A stretch of 64,000 nt of DNA. Origin: Octopus vulgaris. Its lineage: Eukaryota. Both the position numbers and the translations under genes were made by a program. Shown here one piece after another: positions 13,286-26,816 of the stretch (position 1 is the stretch's first letter; every line of letters starts with the position of its first letter). The notes beneath the pieces are model-generated. The model did no database searches and was not told the origin of the DNA. It saw only the letters and a list, made by a program, of their open reading frames with translations. Where the stretch lies: NCBI GenBank assembly GCA_951406725.2, contig OX597831.1:51088001-51152000 (forward strand). The letters run 5' to 3'.

Positions 13286-13589
13286 TACCCATGCTAGCAT
13301 GGAAGATAGATTTTAAATGATGATGATGATGATTACTATTTTGATTTATACCATTATATTCAGTATGATGGTTATTTACTACATTACTATTATTTTTCAG
13401 GTTAGGATGGGATTTATTTTTCTTATACAAAAATGGTAATATACTCATTTCCATCAATGCAGAAATAACATCTTTGGTTTTTCACTGATACACTGGATCA
13501 AATCAGGGAATTTGGATGCTAAAATCCCTTTGAGAGGAGTTTAAACATATATGTATATATATATATCATTATATAAGTGTGTGTGTATA

Positions 13590-13620
<31 letters not shown>

Positions 13621-15038
13621 TGGCCTGCTCGCTTAGCCAGCGGGGTGGCATCATTCGAAGGCTAAAACAATGCAAACGCATTGTGACCAGCGATGTGTAA
13701 CAACATCTGATAGTCTGGTCCGTCACGTGATCACGTGATATATATATATATATATATAGGTATTTAACACCAGACAGCCAGACCTGCCATCGCCTTATGC
13801 TTCACACTTCAGGCGATTCCTACAGAAATCCTGGGACCTGCAAGTTGACTGAGCAGATTCAGGGTAGTGGTCTAAGGAAGACAATCTCTTGCTCTTGACC
13901 TTTCCCCTTTGTGTGTTCAATAACTAGCCATGAGGCCTTTTCTCCATTTTGAAGAGAGATTATACGCCACCAGCATCTGACAAGACGTTGTAAAGCATGT
14001 GTGAGTGTGTGTGTGTGTGCATATATGCATACAAAAATATATGAGTATGTACATATAGGTGTATGTAAGTACTTGCATGTGTGTGACTGTAAATGCATAT
14101 GCACCTGCATACACACATGTGCATGTGCATATACACATATGCACATGTATACGCAGGTATGCATACATTTATGGGCACATGTGAACATGCAAGTGTATAT
14201 ATGCATGTGTATGTATAGGCGTACATATATGTCTGCATATATGCATGTGTGTGTGAATGTGTATGTATACATAATCATGCATATATATAAGCACGTGAGT
14301 GCATGTGTATGTGTATCATTATACCTTCTTTCCTCCTCTCAGATTCCTACCTATCCCTAACCTATCACATACGGCTATTTATAGTAATTTGACATTCTAG
14401 TATTCTTCCCTCCACTTCAAATTTTTCTACCAAAACTACTACTCCAGTATCACCCCACCCATACCTTTTCTTTACCCATCCATTAATACAACCCTGACAT
14501 ATCACCCCTACTTTCACATTTCACATTCTTTTACTCCCTATCTTCTTATCTCTCCTATCCCTCCCTTGCCTCTCCCTTCCTCCCATCACATTAACTTGAC
14601 CATCAAATAACACTCCTTTCTCACTTTTTTTTCTCCCTTTCTTCTTTTTTCTCTCTTTCTTCCTCTCATTTTCTCTTCCTGTTTTCATTTTGACCTATCT
14701 CTTTTTTCTAATCATACATCTATCCTCCCCCCATCTATCCACAAATACTACCAATACATTCTCAAATTTTCATTCACACCACAAAACCCTTTCCAATGAG
14801 CAACACTGATCCCACAGCTCCATACTTGGAAATGACAAAACAAGAACTGCTATTGGAACTTACAAACCATGTACAGGAAACTTTTTTACCACTTCTTTAC
14901 ACCATTTTCCTCAAATATTGGAACTGCAACTACAATATCTTTATATATCTTATTTCTACTTTCATTCTCTTATGTCCCTCTATATCCCCTATCTCTTCCT
15001 CTTCCACAATAATTCCAACTCAAATATTTTCTCACACT

Positions 15039-15086
15039 GTCTCTGATGAAGAGATATCTGTAATATCCCTGAAACAGCTGTAAGAC
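15039..15086 (+). ncRNA. Minimal type I hammerhead ribozyme (Penelope-associated type)
   Basis: gtct-CTGATGA-agagatat/ctgta/atatccct-GAAAC-AGCT-GTA-agac: intact core, stem II with 7 of 8 pairs, palindromic loop III and a 4-bp stem I. Confidence 0.75.
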
Positions 15087-15142
15087 TAGAAATAATACAT
15101 TTCTAAATATCTCAGAGAGATTTATGCAGTAGTGGTACGATG

Positions 15143-15429
15143 AAGTAGTTGTATACTGTCAACTTAATGTGACAGTCCCAGTCACAGTCTGGAGTAGCAT
15201 GGCCTGCTAGTTGGAGATGCCTATCTAGCCTTTGACGAGTAAAGACTCAGAAACTAGTCTCTGAATGCAGGCTTAGCTGGGTGAAGGTGCTTATCTCCCC
15301 CTTGCAAACATAAGGACACAGAAATGTGTCAAGGCCGACAGGAAGCGTTGCTGCTTCCTAGGGCTAAATAGCAGTAGTATGATTCCCTTCATGGGACTGT
15401 CACATTAAGTTGACAGTATACAACTACTT
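15143..15429. mobile_element. 287-bp element with perfect 38-bp terminal inverted repeats (MITE-like)
   Basis: 15143-15180 is the exact reverse complement of 15392-15429. No clear TSD. Confidence 0.7.
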
Positions 15430-15613
15430 TAGATGTAAGACTCATTATAAATGTCTTGAAAACTCCTCACAGCCTTTGCTTTGTTATCTCATTCTATCTA
15501 ACATATATATATATAAATATATAAGGGTAAAAATTATTAACGATAATAATTTATACCAGTGGCCAGCATACGTAAAAAATTGTCCATAGACCATAATATG
15601 TTTTTATATATAT

Positions 15614-15895
15614 ACATGTGTATAAATTACACACTGAGAGGAGAACCACTAGGAGGTCCCTTTGCATGCTGAGAAGAGATGTTAAATCCCCAAACCATGA
15701 AAAATACATTCTTAGCACATTGACTGTTGGCGGGCAAGACAATTTGGTCTTTTTAATTTTTTAAAATGGTCTTTCCCGCCAACAGTCAACGTGCTAAGAA
15801 TGTATTTTTCATGGTTTGAGGATTTGACATCTCTTTTCAGCATGCAAAGAGACCTCCTAGTGGTTTGCTTTTCAGTGTGTAATTTATATACATGT
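15614..15895. repeat. Fold-back palindrome, arms of about 130 bp, roughly 90% complementary
   Basis: 15614-15745 pairs with 15764-15895 around a short T-rich loop. It sits within TA-rich microsatellite. Confidence 0.9.
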
Positions 15896-16827
15896 GTGTA
15901 TATATATATATATATATAAAATAGTTATATAGAATATATATGTATTTGTAAACATTTGCATATATATCTTTATATGTGTTGGTTTGTTTTGCATCCATTT
16001 TTCTATGCTGGTATGAGGTAGATGGATACTTATTGGAGACATTATTTTTACAGGCAGACCCTCTTCTTGTCACCAACACTTAGCTGTTTCACACATGAGG
16101 CTTTTAATTTCTAAAAGATCACTGAATCAGTATGAAAAATATCATTGGTTTCATTGGTTACAGAGAAGCTCTGATAATAGATTAAACTGTCCCTTTTATT
16201 AGACAGAAATTCTTACTCTAAAATGTATTGCCGTTAAGACAATATACGTGACTGTATTTAACAAATGTGCTTTACACATAAGAAATCTTTGTCAATCTGC
16301 CTTGCAGACACTGATTACCATAATTCTATCATTTCAACCGTTAACGACACTAAATAAATTACTCATTGTACTGATATTGATATTACAACGCTATGTTCTC
16401 AGGAAGAGAGCAATAATAGCAAAAATCTCCTATCATCAACTACAATTAGCATTAAGTGTTAAATTCTTATGTATAAGTATCAATTTCTTGTATGTCATTA
16501 TATTATACATATTTGTCAGAAATAAATGTATGTATGTGTGTGTGTGTGTAAGTGTGATACAGTAACTCTTGTAGCCTTCAGTTAATCATAAACAAATATA
16601 AGTACAGTAAAGGTTAACTATAGTTAAAGTGGAAATCTTAACTACTTCAACATCAATGATCAACAGAACTACAAACACAAAAATAAATAGATTTCAACTG
16701 CCATCTGTGTGTTGTGAAGTAACATCACTATTTCTTGTTTGCTACCTTGACAAAGTACTAATGTAATGCCTGTTAGATTTAACACTAAAAGTAAATTCAT
16801 TTTATTCTCAAATTCATTTTATTCTCA

Positions 16828-17225
16828 GGTGCAGGAGTGGCTGTGTGGTAAGTAGCTTGCTTACCAATCACATGGTTCCGGGTTCATTCCTACTGTGTGG
16901 CACCTTGGGCAAGTGTCTTCTACTATAGCCTCGGGCCAACCAAAGCCCTGTGAATGGATTTGGTAGACGGAAACTGAAAGAAGCCCGTCGTATATATGTA
17001 TATATATATATATGTATGTGTATGTTTATGTGTTTGTCTCTACAACATCACTTGAGAACCAATGGTGGTGTGTTTATGCCCCCGTAATTTAGCCGTTCGG
17101 CAAAAGAGATCGATAGAATAAGTACTAGGCTTACAAAGAATAAATCCTGGGGTCAATTTGCTCGACTAAAAGCAGTGCTCCAGCATGGCCACAGTCAAAT
17201 GACTGAAACCAGTAAAAGAGTAAAA
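16828..17225 (+). mobile_element. SINE family A, full length (most abundant family; many further partial copies in the window)
   Basis: tRNA-like head gtggctgtgtggtaag...gggttca, accttgggcaagt block, central (TA/TG)n and 3' tail aatgactgaaaccagtaaaagag. Confidence 0.9.
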
Positions 17226-18217
17226 TTCTACTACTGACAGACAGACAGATAAAGAGATGGACGGATGGATAGATGTATGCATGCAGAAAGAGATAAAGAG
17301 AGAAACAGGTGAAAAGAGAGAGAGAGAGAATTAAATTAATAGACATATGTAGACAAACTGCCAAACATAGCTGTGTGGTTAAGAAGCTCACTTTGCAACT
17401 AAGTGGTTCCAGGTTCAGTCTCACTGCATGGCACATTGAGAAAATGTCCCCTATTGTAGTTCCAAGTCAACCAATACTATGGGAGTGAATTTGGTAGATG
17501 AAAAGTGTGTGACAACCCATTGTGTATGTGTGTGTGTCTTTGTGTGTGCTTGTCTCCTGGCCACTATTTGACAACTGGTGTTAGTCTATTTATATTCCTA
17601 TAACTGAGTGATCTGGCAAAAAAAAAAAAATGGGTGCCAGACATTTGTTTGGTCGACCCTTCAGAGTAGCGTCCAGGCATGGCTGCATTTCAATGAGGTA
17701 ACAATTCCTGAGGGCAACATTCTAAGAAGGAGGGACTGCGAGTAGCGTGCAGAGCCTGAGGAAGTGACCATACCAAAAGTGGATGAGAAGAGGAGATACA
17801 AGTGGGTCAGGAATGCCTGAATAGAGATAGCCAGCCAGTACTGAAGAATAAAGGTCATTAAAGCATCAGTAGAAAGAGCAGAACATCAAGACATTTACAA
17901 ACATGCCAATCAGTAGAATGGTCCTTTCCTTCTGAAATGTCTCTTGACGTTCTTGAAGTCAATCACAGCAACTTTTGTTTTTATTGTGTAACTTGTTATC
18001 TTTTGGGTTTTATGCAAAACATAGCATTTTATTTTTGCTGAGTAACTTGACATCATTGTGTTTTTGACATGGGTGACTATTTGCAATAACGACATGGTTC
18101 CAGGTTCAGTCCCACTGCATGGTGCCTTGGGCAAGTGTCTTCTACTATAGCCTCAGGCTGACCAAAAACTTGTAAAATAGATTTTGTAAACGGAAACTGA
18201 AAGAAAAAAAACTGTCA

Positions 18218-18249
<32 letters not shown>

Positions 18250-18927
18250 TGTGCGCGCGCGTCTGTGTTTGTCCCCCACCACCATTTGTCAACCACTGAT
18301 GATGTCCCCATAACTTGGAGGCTTGGCAAAAGAGACTGATAGAATAAGTACCACGCTTTAAAAAAATAAGTCCTGTGGTGCCCCAGCATGGCCTCAGTCA
18401 AATGACTGAAACAAGTAAAAGATACAGATTCCTATATATTGGAGGCAACAAATCTCTTCTTGGCATGTGGCTGGCTGTGATAAGGTTCAACGAGGCTGAA
18501 ATGCACCCAGCATTCTTGCTCACCACTGCTTCGAATTTTCTTTTTGTCTCTGATATATCTTGTTTTCAAACTCAGCACATCCATCACAGATGTTATCTCT
18601 GGACAAATACTACAGTAAATTGCCCATCAACAATGTATTAAGTATGATACATGGATAGTGTTTATAACAAGCTCTGTTTTTATTTGTAACATGTTTCTAT
18701 TGTTAACATTACTGTCTTTATTTTTATTGTGTAACATGATGTTATTTGTTTTTACCATATCACAATATGCTGTGTAATGAGACATCTTTTATTTCTTTTT
18801 CTTCTAAGTAACATGATAATTGTTTCCATTGAAATATCATTTTATATTTATTAAATAACATATCTTTGGTATTTATCATGTAACACAACGTCTTTAAATT
18901 TTATTCTATAATATATCTTTAGTTTAA

Positions 18928-19158
18928 CCCTTTAGTGTTCACATTATTCTGCCAAAATCCTCATTGTTTTGAACTAATACATCCTCACTGTTTTGAACTA
19001 ATCATGCATTATCTTGTAGCTTTGAGATTTTGATGAGGTAGCTGTTAATTTTTAAGATGATATTGTAGGGTTGGTGTAAGAGACCAGATATGGCCAATTT
19101 GAACATAAAACAAGCAGAATACTTTTGGCCGGATACGGCCGGTTTAAATGCTAAAGGG
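18928..19158. mobile_element. piggyBac-type MITE (231 bp)
   Basis: TTAA|CCCTTTAG...CTAAAGGG|TTAA: TTAA target duplication with CCC/GGG termini. Confidence 0.9.
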
Positions 19159-20130
19159 TTAATCATCAAACCTGATATCATTTGTTTTTATTGTACAACA
19201 TGCTTTCTTTTCCATTTTGACAGGTATCTTTCACTTTTTAGCTTGAAACTATAGCTAATGAGGAAAACACTGACCAAATCACATGGAAATAAAAATCACT
19301 ATATCTCTATTTTCATCACTTAAAAAATTTAAACAGCAGCTTCAACATAGCAAACAAAAAGGGTTAACAGGATATTTAGAGTCTGAACACAAATACTAAT
19401 ATAAAATTAGGAAGAATATATATATATATATATATATTTCTCTAGAGTTTTTCATATACCAACTTCTTAAAGATTATCTGCAAGAAATGGGAAGGGAAAT
19501 CTTTTTCTCAGTAACGAAAATTCAAAAAGAAAAGAAAACCTATATCTACACAGATTAAGGTTTGTTACTCAAAATGGCTCTGTAAATAATTAGAAAAAAA
19601 ATTTTTTTTTTTTCTATTCTATTTCCTTATCTATATCTAATTATTTTAGGTCATTTTTTTTTCTCTTTAGCATTACCAGAATAGAATATTCTTTTCTCTT
19701 GGTGAAAAACATCTATGTGTGGCAAAACTATATATATAACTTCTTCTTTTTCATCATCATTGTTATCATCATTTTAGCATCCACTTTTCCATACTATCAG
19801 GGGTTGGATGGACTTTACTGAGTACAGATTTTCTACAACCAGATGCCCTTCCTGTCACCAACCCTTACCAAAGAAAAGGCCACCAATTTGAGCTAAAACA
19901 GCTTGACATTTAGATCATTATTGATATTACTGACAGAATGCAAAGAAACAGAACATTCTGTCAATCCACTGCTCTGGATTGATACTTCTTGATCAACCCC
20001 AAAAGGGATAAAAGACAAAGTTGACCTTAGTAGAATTAGATCTGCAAAATTCTACTGCAAAGAATTCTATCTAATACTCTAGTAACTCTTACAATTTGCT
20101 GCTTTGTTGTCCACTGTATTTTTTATTTAA

Positions 20131-20330
20131 CTTTTTAGCATTTAAACTGGCCATATCCAGCCTGAAAATTCTACTTGTTTTATGTTCAGACTGGCCAGAT
20201 CTGACTTCTCACACTTACCCTACAATGTCATTCAAAGACTAAACAATCATACCGTCGAAATGTCAAAGCTATGGGATAATGCATGATTAATTCAAAACAA
20301 GGTGTACAAATAAACATTAAATTTGACAGA
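20131..20330. mobile_element. Truncated copy of the same piggyBac-type MITE in opposite orientation
   Basis: ttaa|ctttttagcatttaaactggccata... is the diverged reverse complement of 18950-19158. Confidence 0.8.
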
Positions 20331-21297
20331 TGGGAACATGGAACATCAGGACCATGTTTGAAACCACAAAAAAACAGCTCAGATTGCTTTTTCGATATGG
20401 CTATAAGCTTGAAGTACTAGGCCTTTGAGCAGACTAACCTACTCTTTCTCTCTCTCTCTCTCTTTCTTTTCCTTCTTTCTACACGGTACATATATAGTTT
20501 TAAGCTTTGTCTACTATTGACTAGATTAATATAAAATGTATTAAATATAAATAATAGGAAAAAAAATAACTATTTGAAGCTACCTACAGTTTTAATAATG
20601 AAAGTATTCTAATGTCTTCACATAACGCAATATATGGCTTTTTGACCCTCAAGCCACAATTTCATACTATGATCTGTATTAATGATATAAACTCATAATT
20701 TTATAACGTCATTTTCAATAACTCTCACTATGACATGAAATTCAAACTACTTGGTTTTCTCCCCCACATGGTCTCTTCTCCACCAATCCCTCGTCATTCG
20801 GATATGAAATTTATTGCACTATTCCCAATATATCAATCTCACCATATTTATTCTATCATTAGAAACAACCCCACTGTTCCATCCTGATATAGTCAAAGAG
20901 ATTTATGTGGCTGAATCTCTCTCTCTGTTACTCTCAATCTCTCCCTTCTTTCTCATTTCACTCCCTCTTAACATTTTTTGCTTTTTCTACTTACTCTGCT
21001 TGCTTGCTCTCCCTCCCCCCTCTCTCTTTCTCTCTCTCTCTCTCTCTTGTTTGCCACCTCTTTTATTTCTCTTTCTCCATATCTCTCACTTAATCTTACA
21101 TTTATGTTCCTTTCAATATTCATTTACTCCTTTTCACTTTCTCTACATTCACATTTTTTTTCTTTTCTTTCCAGCCATCCCGCCTTACTGTTAAATCCAC
21201 CATCACCACACCTCTCTCTTTCCATTCTATTTTTCTTTCTCTCTCATTATTTCACTCTGCACATTTATCTTTATTTCATTATTCTCTTCTTGCACTA

Positions 21298-21945
21298 AGG
21301 CTGTGAGCTGGCAGAAACGTTAGCGCGCCAGGCAAAATGCTTAGCTGTATTTCGTCTGCCGTTACGTTCTGAGTTCAAATTCCGCCAAAGTCAACTTTGC
21401 CTTTCATCCTTTCGGGGTCGATAAATTAAGTACCAGTTACACACTGGGGTCAATGTAATCGACTTAATCCCTTTGTCTGTCTTTGTTTGTCCCCTCTATG
21501 CTTAGCCACTTGTGGGTAATAAAGAAATAAGAAACATTAGCATGCCGAGCGAAATGCTTAGTGGTATTTCGTCTGTCTTTACGTTCTGAGTTCAAATTCC
21601 GCCGAAGTCAACTTTGCCTTTCATCCTTTCGGGGTCGATAAATTAAGTACCAGTTACACACCGGGGTCAATGTATCCGACTTAATCCCTTTGTCTGTCCT
21701 TTTTTGTTCCCTCTATGTTTAGCCCCTTGTGGCTAATAAAGAAATAAGAAACACTAGCATGCTGAGTGAAATGCTTAGCTGTATTTCGTCTGTCTTTACG
21801 TTCTGAGTTCAAATTCTGCCGAGGTCAACTTTGCCTTTCATCCTTTCGGGATTGATAAATTAAGTACCAGTTGTATACTGGGGTCGATCTAATTGACTGG
21901 ACCCCTCCCCCAAAATTTCAGGCCTTGTGCCTGGAGTAAAAAAAA
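21298..21945 (+). mobile_element. SINE family B (Meta-domain-like) head-to-tail trimer, 217-bp period
   Basis: gaaac.ttagc recurs at 21314, 21531 and 21748. Each unit has gagttcaaattc and gcctttcatcctttcgggg.cgataaattaagtaccag. Confidence 0.9.
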
Positions 21946-22910
21946 CTAAATTATTCTCTTGCTCTATTCCCTCTCTATCTTTCTCTTCACTAACACTCTC
22001 TTTCTACCAATCCATCCCCTGTCTTTCACTTTCTATCCATCTATCTATCTATCTATTCATTTCTCTCTTTATTCATTTATGTATGTATGTCCCTATCTAC
22101 ATACCTATTCATTTTTTATTTATGTATCTCCTCTATCTATCAGTCTACTTATCTATCTATCATGCTCTCTCCCTATTTATTTATTTATCTCTAGCAATTC
22201 TTTTTTTTTTATTTCTCCTTACTTAACAGCTTAACTTTTCTATTCCTAGTTCTCTTTTTTTTATTTTATATTCCCAGTTCTCTAATTCTCCTTCCTTCAC
22301 AAAACACATTTATCCACTTTTCTTACTCTTTCACATTTTCCAACCTTCCTTTTTTTTCTCTTCATTCTTTTTGTCAAACCATCTCCCATGATCACCTCTG
22401 TCTCATCTTACCATAGTATTTCTGCTTCATCTACCTTTATATTTTTCAACATCATCCTTTATCTCTCTTTCACCCACCTTTATATTTTCTACCTTCTCTC
22501 CCTCTCTCTCCTCCTCCCTCCCACTTCATACACACATACAAAAGCAATGGCAGCAAGCACGCTTGAATATTCTTCCAGTGATGCTTCTAAGTTATAACAT
22601 TTCTGTGTATTTCTTCACTAAAATCCTACAAACTTCTCTGGGCATTATAAGATCTACAGTTACAGTTAGATTACACTTCACTGATGAAAGCTAATAAAAC
22701 TGAAACACAACTAGAGTTGTCACCACATACGTAGATATCAGATTCACACCCTGCTGAATTTCATATACAATTCATTTTAATACATTAAAATTTCAGAGTT
22801 GTCCCCCTCTGCAGTTTTTACAAGAATTAGTTACTTAGAAAATTATTGTTTTCCATGCAATGCCAGGTCTCCTGCTAAAGTGTGTGTATGCTGATGATGT
22901 TATATATATG

Positions 22911-22963
<53 letters not shown>

Positions 22964-22964
22964 T

Positions 22965-23225
22965 CTTATTCTTTTACTTGTTTCAGTCATTTGACTGTGG
23001 CCATGCTGGAGTACTGCTTTAAAGGGTTTTTAGTCAAAGAAATTGACCTCAGAACATTCTTTGTAAACCTAGTACTTATTCTATTGGTCTCTTTTACTGA
23101 ACTGCAAAGTTACAGGGAGGTAAACACACCAACATTCGTTGTCAAGTGATGATGGCAGGGACAAACACAGATACAAAAACACACACACATAGATATATAT
23201 ATATATATGTGTGTGTGTATATATG

Positions 23226-23261
<36 letters not shown>

Positions 23262-23730
23262 TGTGTGTGTGGAGGCACAAGGCCTAGTGGTTAGAGCAGC
23301 AGACTTGTGGTCAAGGGATCACAAGTTCAAATCTCAAACCAGGTGATGTGAGTGTTTATGGGCAAAACACCTAAGCTCCATACAGTTCCGGCAGAAGATA
23401 ATGGCGAACTTCTGCTGACTCTTGCCACAACTTTCTCTCACTTTTTACTCCTGCATCTAGTAGTTCACCTGCGACGGACTGGCGTCCCATCAAGATGGGG
23501 AACCTATATGCCAAGGAAACCGGGAAACCGGCCCTCTGAGCCAGGCATGGCTCAAGAAGGAAAAAACAATATATATATATGACAGGCTTCTTTCAGTTTC
23601 TGTCTATCAAGTCCACTGACAAGACTTTGGCCAGCCCGAGGCTATAGTAAAAGACACTTGCCCAAGGTTCCACACAGTAGAACTGAACCAGGGACCATGT
23701 GGTTGAGAAGTGAGCTTCTTACCACACAGC
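22965..23730 (-). mobile_element. SINE family A split by a nested family C SINE
   Basis: The 3' half (22965-23170) and 5' half (23580-23730) flank the insertion. Confidence 0.85.
23270..23565 (+). mobile_element. SINE family C nested in the microsatellite of family A
   Basis: ggaggcacaaggcctagtggttagagcagc head, similar to 33254-33560. Confidence 0.85.
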
Positions 23731-25699
23731 CATGTCTGCATCTGTATATAACATCATCATTTGAATATTCAATTTCCATGTTTACATTGGTCCGGCAGAC
23801 TTTAGTGAGGCAGATTTTCTATAGGCAGATGCCCTTCCTGTCACCAATTCTACAGGTTTCTAAGCAAGATAATATTTCGCCACAAGCAGACATGTTTTCA
23901 TGGAATATTGAAAATGAATGATGTTCATATATAACAACCATGTGATGTCATGGCAAGGAGACACAAACATACACTCATACACACATTTTATGTCTAATAA
24001 ATCCTCTCACAAAGGTTTGGTCAGCCCAGGATGTCATAGAAGACACTTGCTCAAGGTGTAACACAGCAGAAAAGAACCTGAAACCATGTGGTTGGGAGGC
24101 GAATTTCTTAACCACATAGCCATGCTTACACCCATACACACACACACACACACATATGAAGAGAAAGAGAAAAAGAAATATTGTATGTATGTATATATAT
24201 CACAGCAGACAAAAGATTCATGGAGAAAGTGATTCAAATCCATATAATACATGTATAATGGCTATTCCTAGACAGCCATCATAGCTTTTACTACTTTCTC
24301 ATGCTATTATTCACTATAATGGCATCAACAAAGTATCATAATCTTCATCATTATCATCATCATGCTCATCTTCCTCATCTCTGTCTTTATTATTATCATT
24401 TTCATTGCCACTACAGTCACCATCACCAATATGACCACTACGATCTTAATCGTTTTTCTTATATAAACCAACAGAGGAGCTGTAATGCAGTTGCTCAGCT
24501 TGCTAAAAATAACAACCAAATCTCCTTCAGATCACATCTTACTTGTCTTAGAAGAATAGGAACACATTACATAATATAGTTTTGGGTGTACAGTGTCAAG
24601 AAAAAGATGGGATGGTTACAGCTGGAATGCCTTTGATCACGTGTCTGACCAATAAGTGCTAACCTGGAGCTAAAGCCACAACAAGGCCCAGTCCTTGTTG
24701 TGACATTGTAGCCTGTGTGGTTTGGTGATCCTGAGAGCTAATCCAGAGGAACACAAGCTCCCTGTAGGGCTTCCCTTTCTGGATAGGTTAAAAGACGGAG
24801 GCCAGACCAATATGAGCCACCTCTTCCCAGAAGTAAAAATGGGTTTGTGTAGGGCAGTGGTTCTCAATCAAGGTCCATATGAGATTTCTGAGGGTCCACA
24901 CAAGCAAAATAATAAATTGGAGATCCATAATAGTATTTTAGGGTTTTTATCACACACACACACACATACACACACACATACACACACACATATATATGGG
25001 ACAGGCTTCTTTCAGTTTCCATCTACCAAATCCACTCACAAGGCTTTGGTCAGCCTGAGGTTATAGTTGAAGACACTTACCCAAGGTGTCACGCAGTGGG
25101 ACTGAACCCAGAACCATGTGGTTGGTAAGCAAGCTACTTACCACACAGCCACTCCTGTTAATTTCACGTTAATTTCATGAGCAGGCTGTTCCGTTGATCA
25201 GATCAACTGGAACCCTCGTCATTGATGAGATCAACTGAAACCCTCATCGTCACAGCCAACAGAGTGCCAGCTGTTGTTACAGAATCAATCTGTGCAAATG
25301 CAAAATTAAATAAATAATAAAAACCAACATGACTTTGATGACAAAGTCAATAGATTTGCTTAGACTCTTCTGATATTACTAAATTACCAAATTACCATAA
25401 TAATCTAGTTCCATTTTTCGGTAGCACTTTCTAGAAGAAAAGAAGGAAGAAAAAATGGAAATCAAACCCAACAAAGAAGCAGCTCAGAAAACCCATAATT
25501 AATGCTGTTCAATACAGGATATTCAAAAAGTCACAAATATTAAAGAAAAGGGAAAAAAAATGAAACAAACCAGTGTACAAAGTATATAAATTACCCCATT
25601 AGAAGAAATAGGAGACTTGCAATTTAGAATGCTCGTTAAGAAATTGTTAGAATAAATAAATGATTTATTCATTAAAGATAAGGTGGTGAATCCATAGAG

Positions 25700-26320
25700 C
25701 CATTATAGAAGTGGATTCAGATAAAATGCTTTGCAATACTTGTTCCAGTATTGTACCCTCTGAGTAGCTGCACGCAGTCTTAGAGAAACTTAGCCTTGTA
25801 AGCTGCACGGTATCATGAAAAAGGCACCTAGCAGACTTTGTGCTAGGAATATAAAAAAAAACAATGGACAGCTTGTAATTCACATGCTTAAGGAGAATAC
25901 TCAACATCAAAGGATCCAAAATTGAAATGACAACAGCTGTCCTCATTCGGAGAACACCACCCTCTCTGGATTGAGCAGCTGCATCACACATTTTTTAGAC
26001 CCCTTTAATTGGTTCTACACCAAGTAGCTTTATAATATTAGGATCAGTAATGAATAAGACGCAGACAATGGAATTGGATCAGACGAGTCCTCAGATAAGA
26101 TCAAGAAAGTGATTGTATGGTGGCAGAAAAGTGACAGCCTAAGGGGGAAAAGAACAGCAGGGCACCCTAAAACCATTTGATGAAGGACCATTGACAAGGA
26201 AAAAGATGAGAAGGGTGAAGAAGCTGGAATGAGACTGGAACAGTGACAGAAAACAGAGCTGGTTTGAGAGATTGTGTTGTGGCCTTATGTGCCTCATGAC
26301 ATTGACAGAACTAACTAACA
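25700..26320 (+). mobile_element. Highly decayed RTE-like LINE 3' region
   Basis: Fragments resembling CLRRILNIK and G.PKT.W.RTIDKE...SWNETG....NRA...DCVVALCAS, followed by a short aact repeat tail. Confidence 0.65.
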
Positions 26321-26630
26321 CTTTCTAAAATGATTGGTGTTTGGAAGGGTATAGGGTATCCATCCATAGAAACCATGCCAAAGCAGACATTAGAACATGA
26401 CACAGTCCTTTGGTCAGTCAGATTTGTTCAAATTGTTAAACCCTAGCCAGTATCAAAGATGGACATTAAAAGATGAGGAAGAGGAGAAGGAAGAGGGTAT
26501 TATGCATAAAGATATTCCTATGAAAGTGTTCAGGTATTATGTGCTTGTATGGGTGTGGGAGTGTTTTGATCTATACATGTAACTCCCAATGAATGTGTTG
26601 AGTGCCCTTCTTTTGTTTATCTACTCTCTC

Positions 26631-26668
<38 letters not shown>

Positions 26669-26749
26669 GTAAAGCCAATTAAGGATTAAACTTGTTAGAA
26701 ACTAAAAAGAAAAGAAAAAATACAAAGAGAAATTCTGTATCAAACTTAC

Positions 26750-26816
26750 ATCATCAATGGACTCGGCTTCAAAAATATGGCACTTGAAATTCTGGGCAAT
26801 GCTGCACGTTGTTTCC
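26750..26816 (-). CDS. Exon of PTB/PID-domain protein, (G)ETTCSIAQNFKCHIFEAESIDD
   Basis: Minus strand ttttatacttaTAG|G GAA ACA ACG TGC...GAT GAT|GTAAGT. 67 nt, phase 2 to 0, carrying the F.CH.F PTB strand motif. Confidence 0.92.

Noticed and set aside
22675-22726. Third hammerhead (CTGATGA...GAAAC...GTC)
   Set aside because: Stem II and stem I do not pair; at most a decayed relic.
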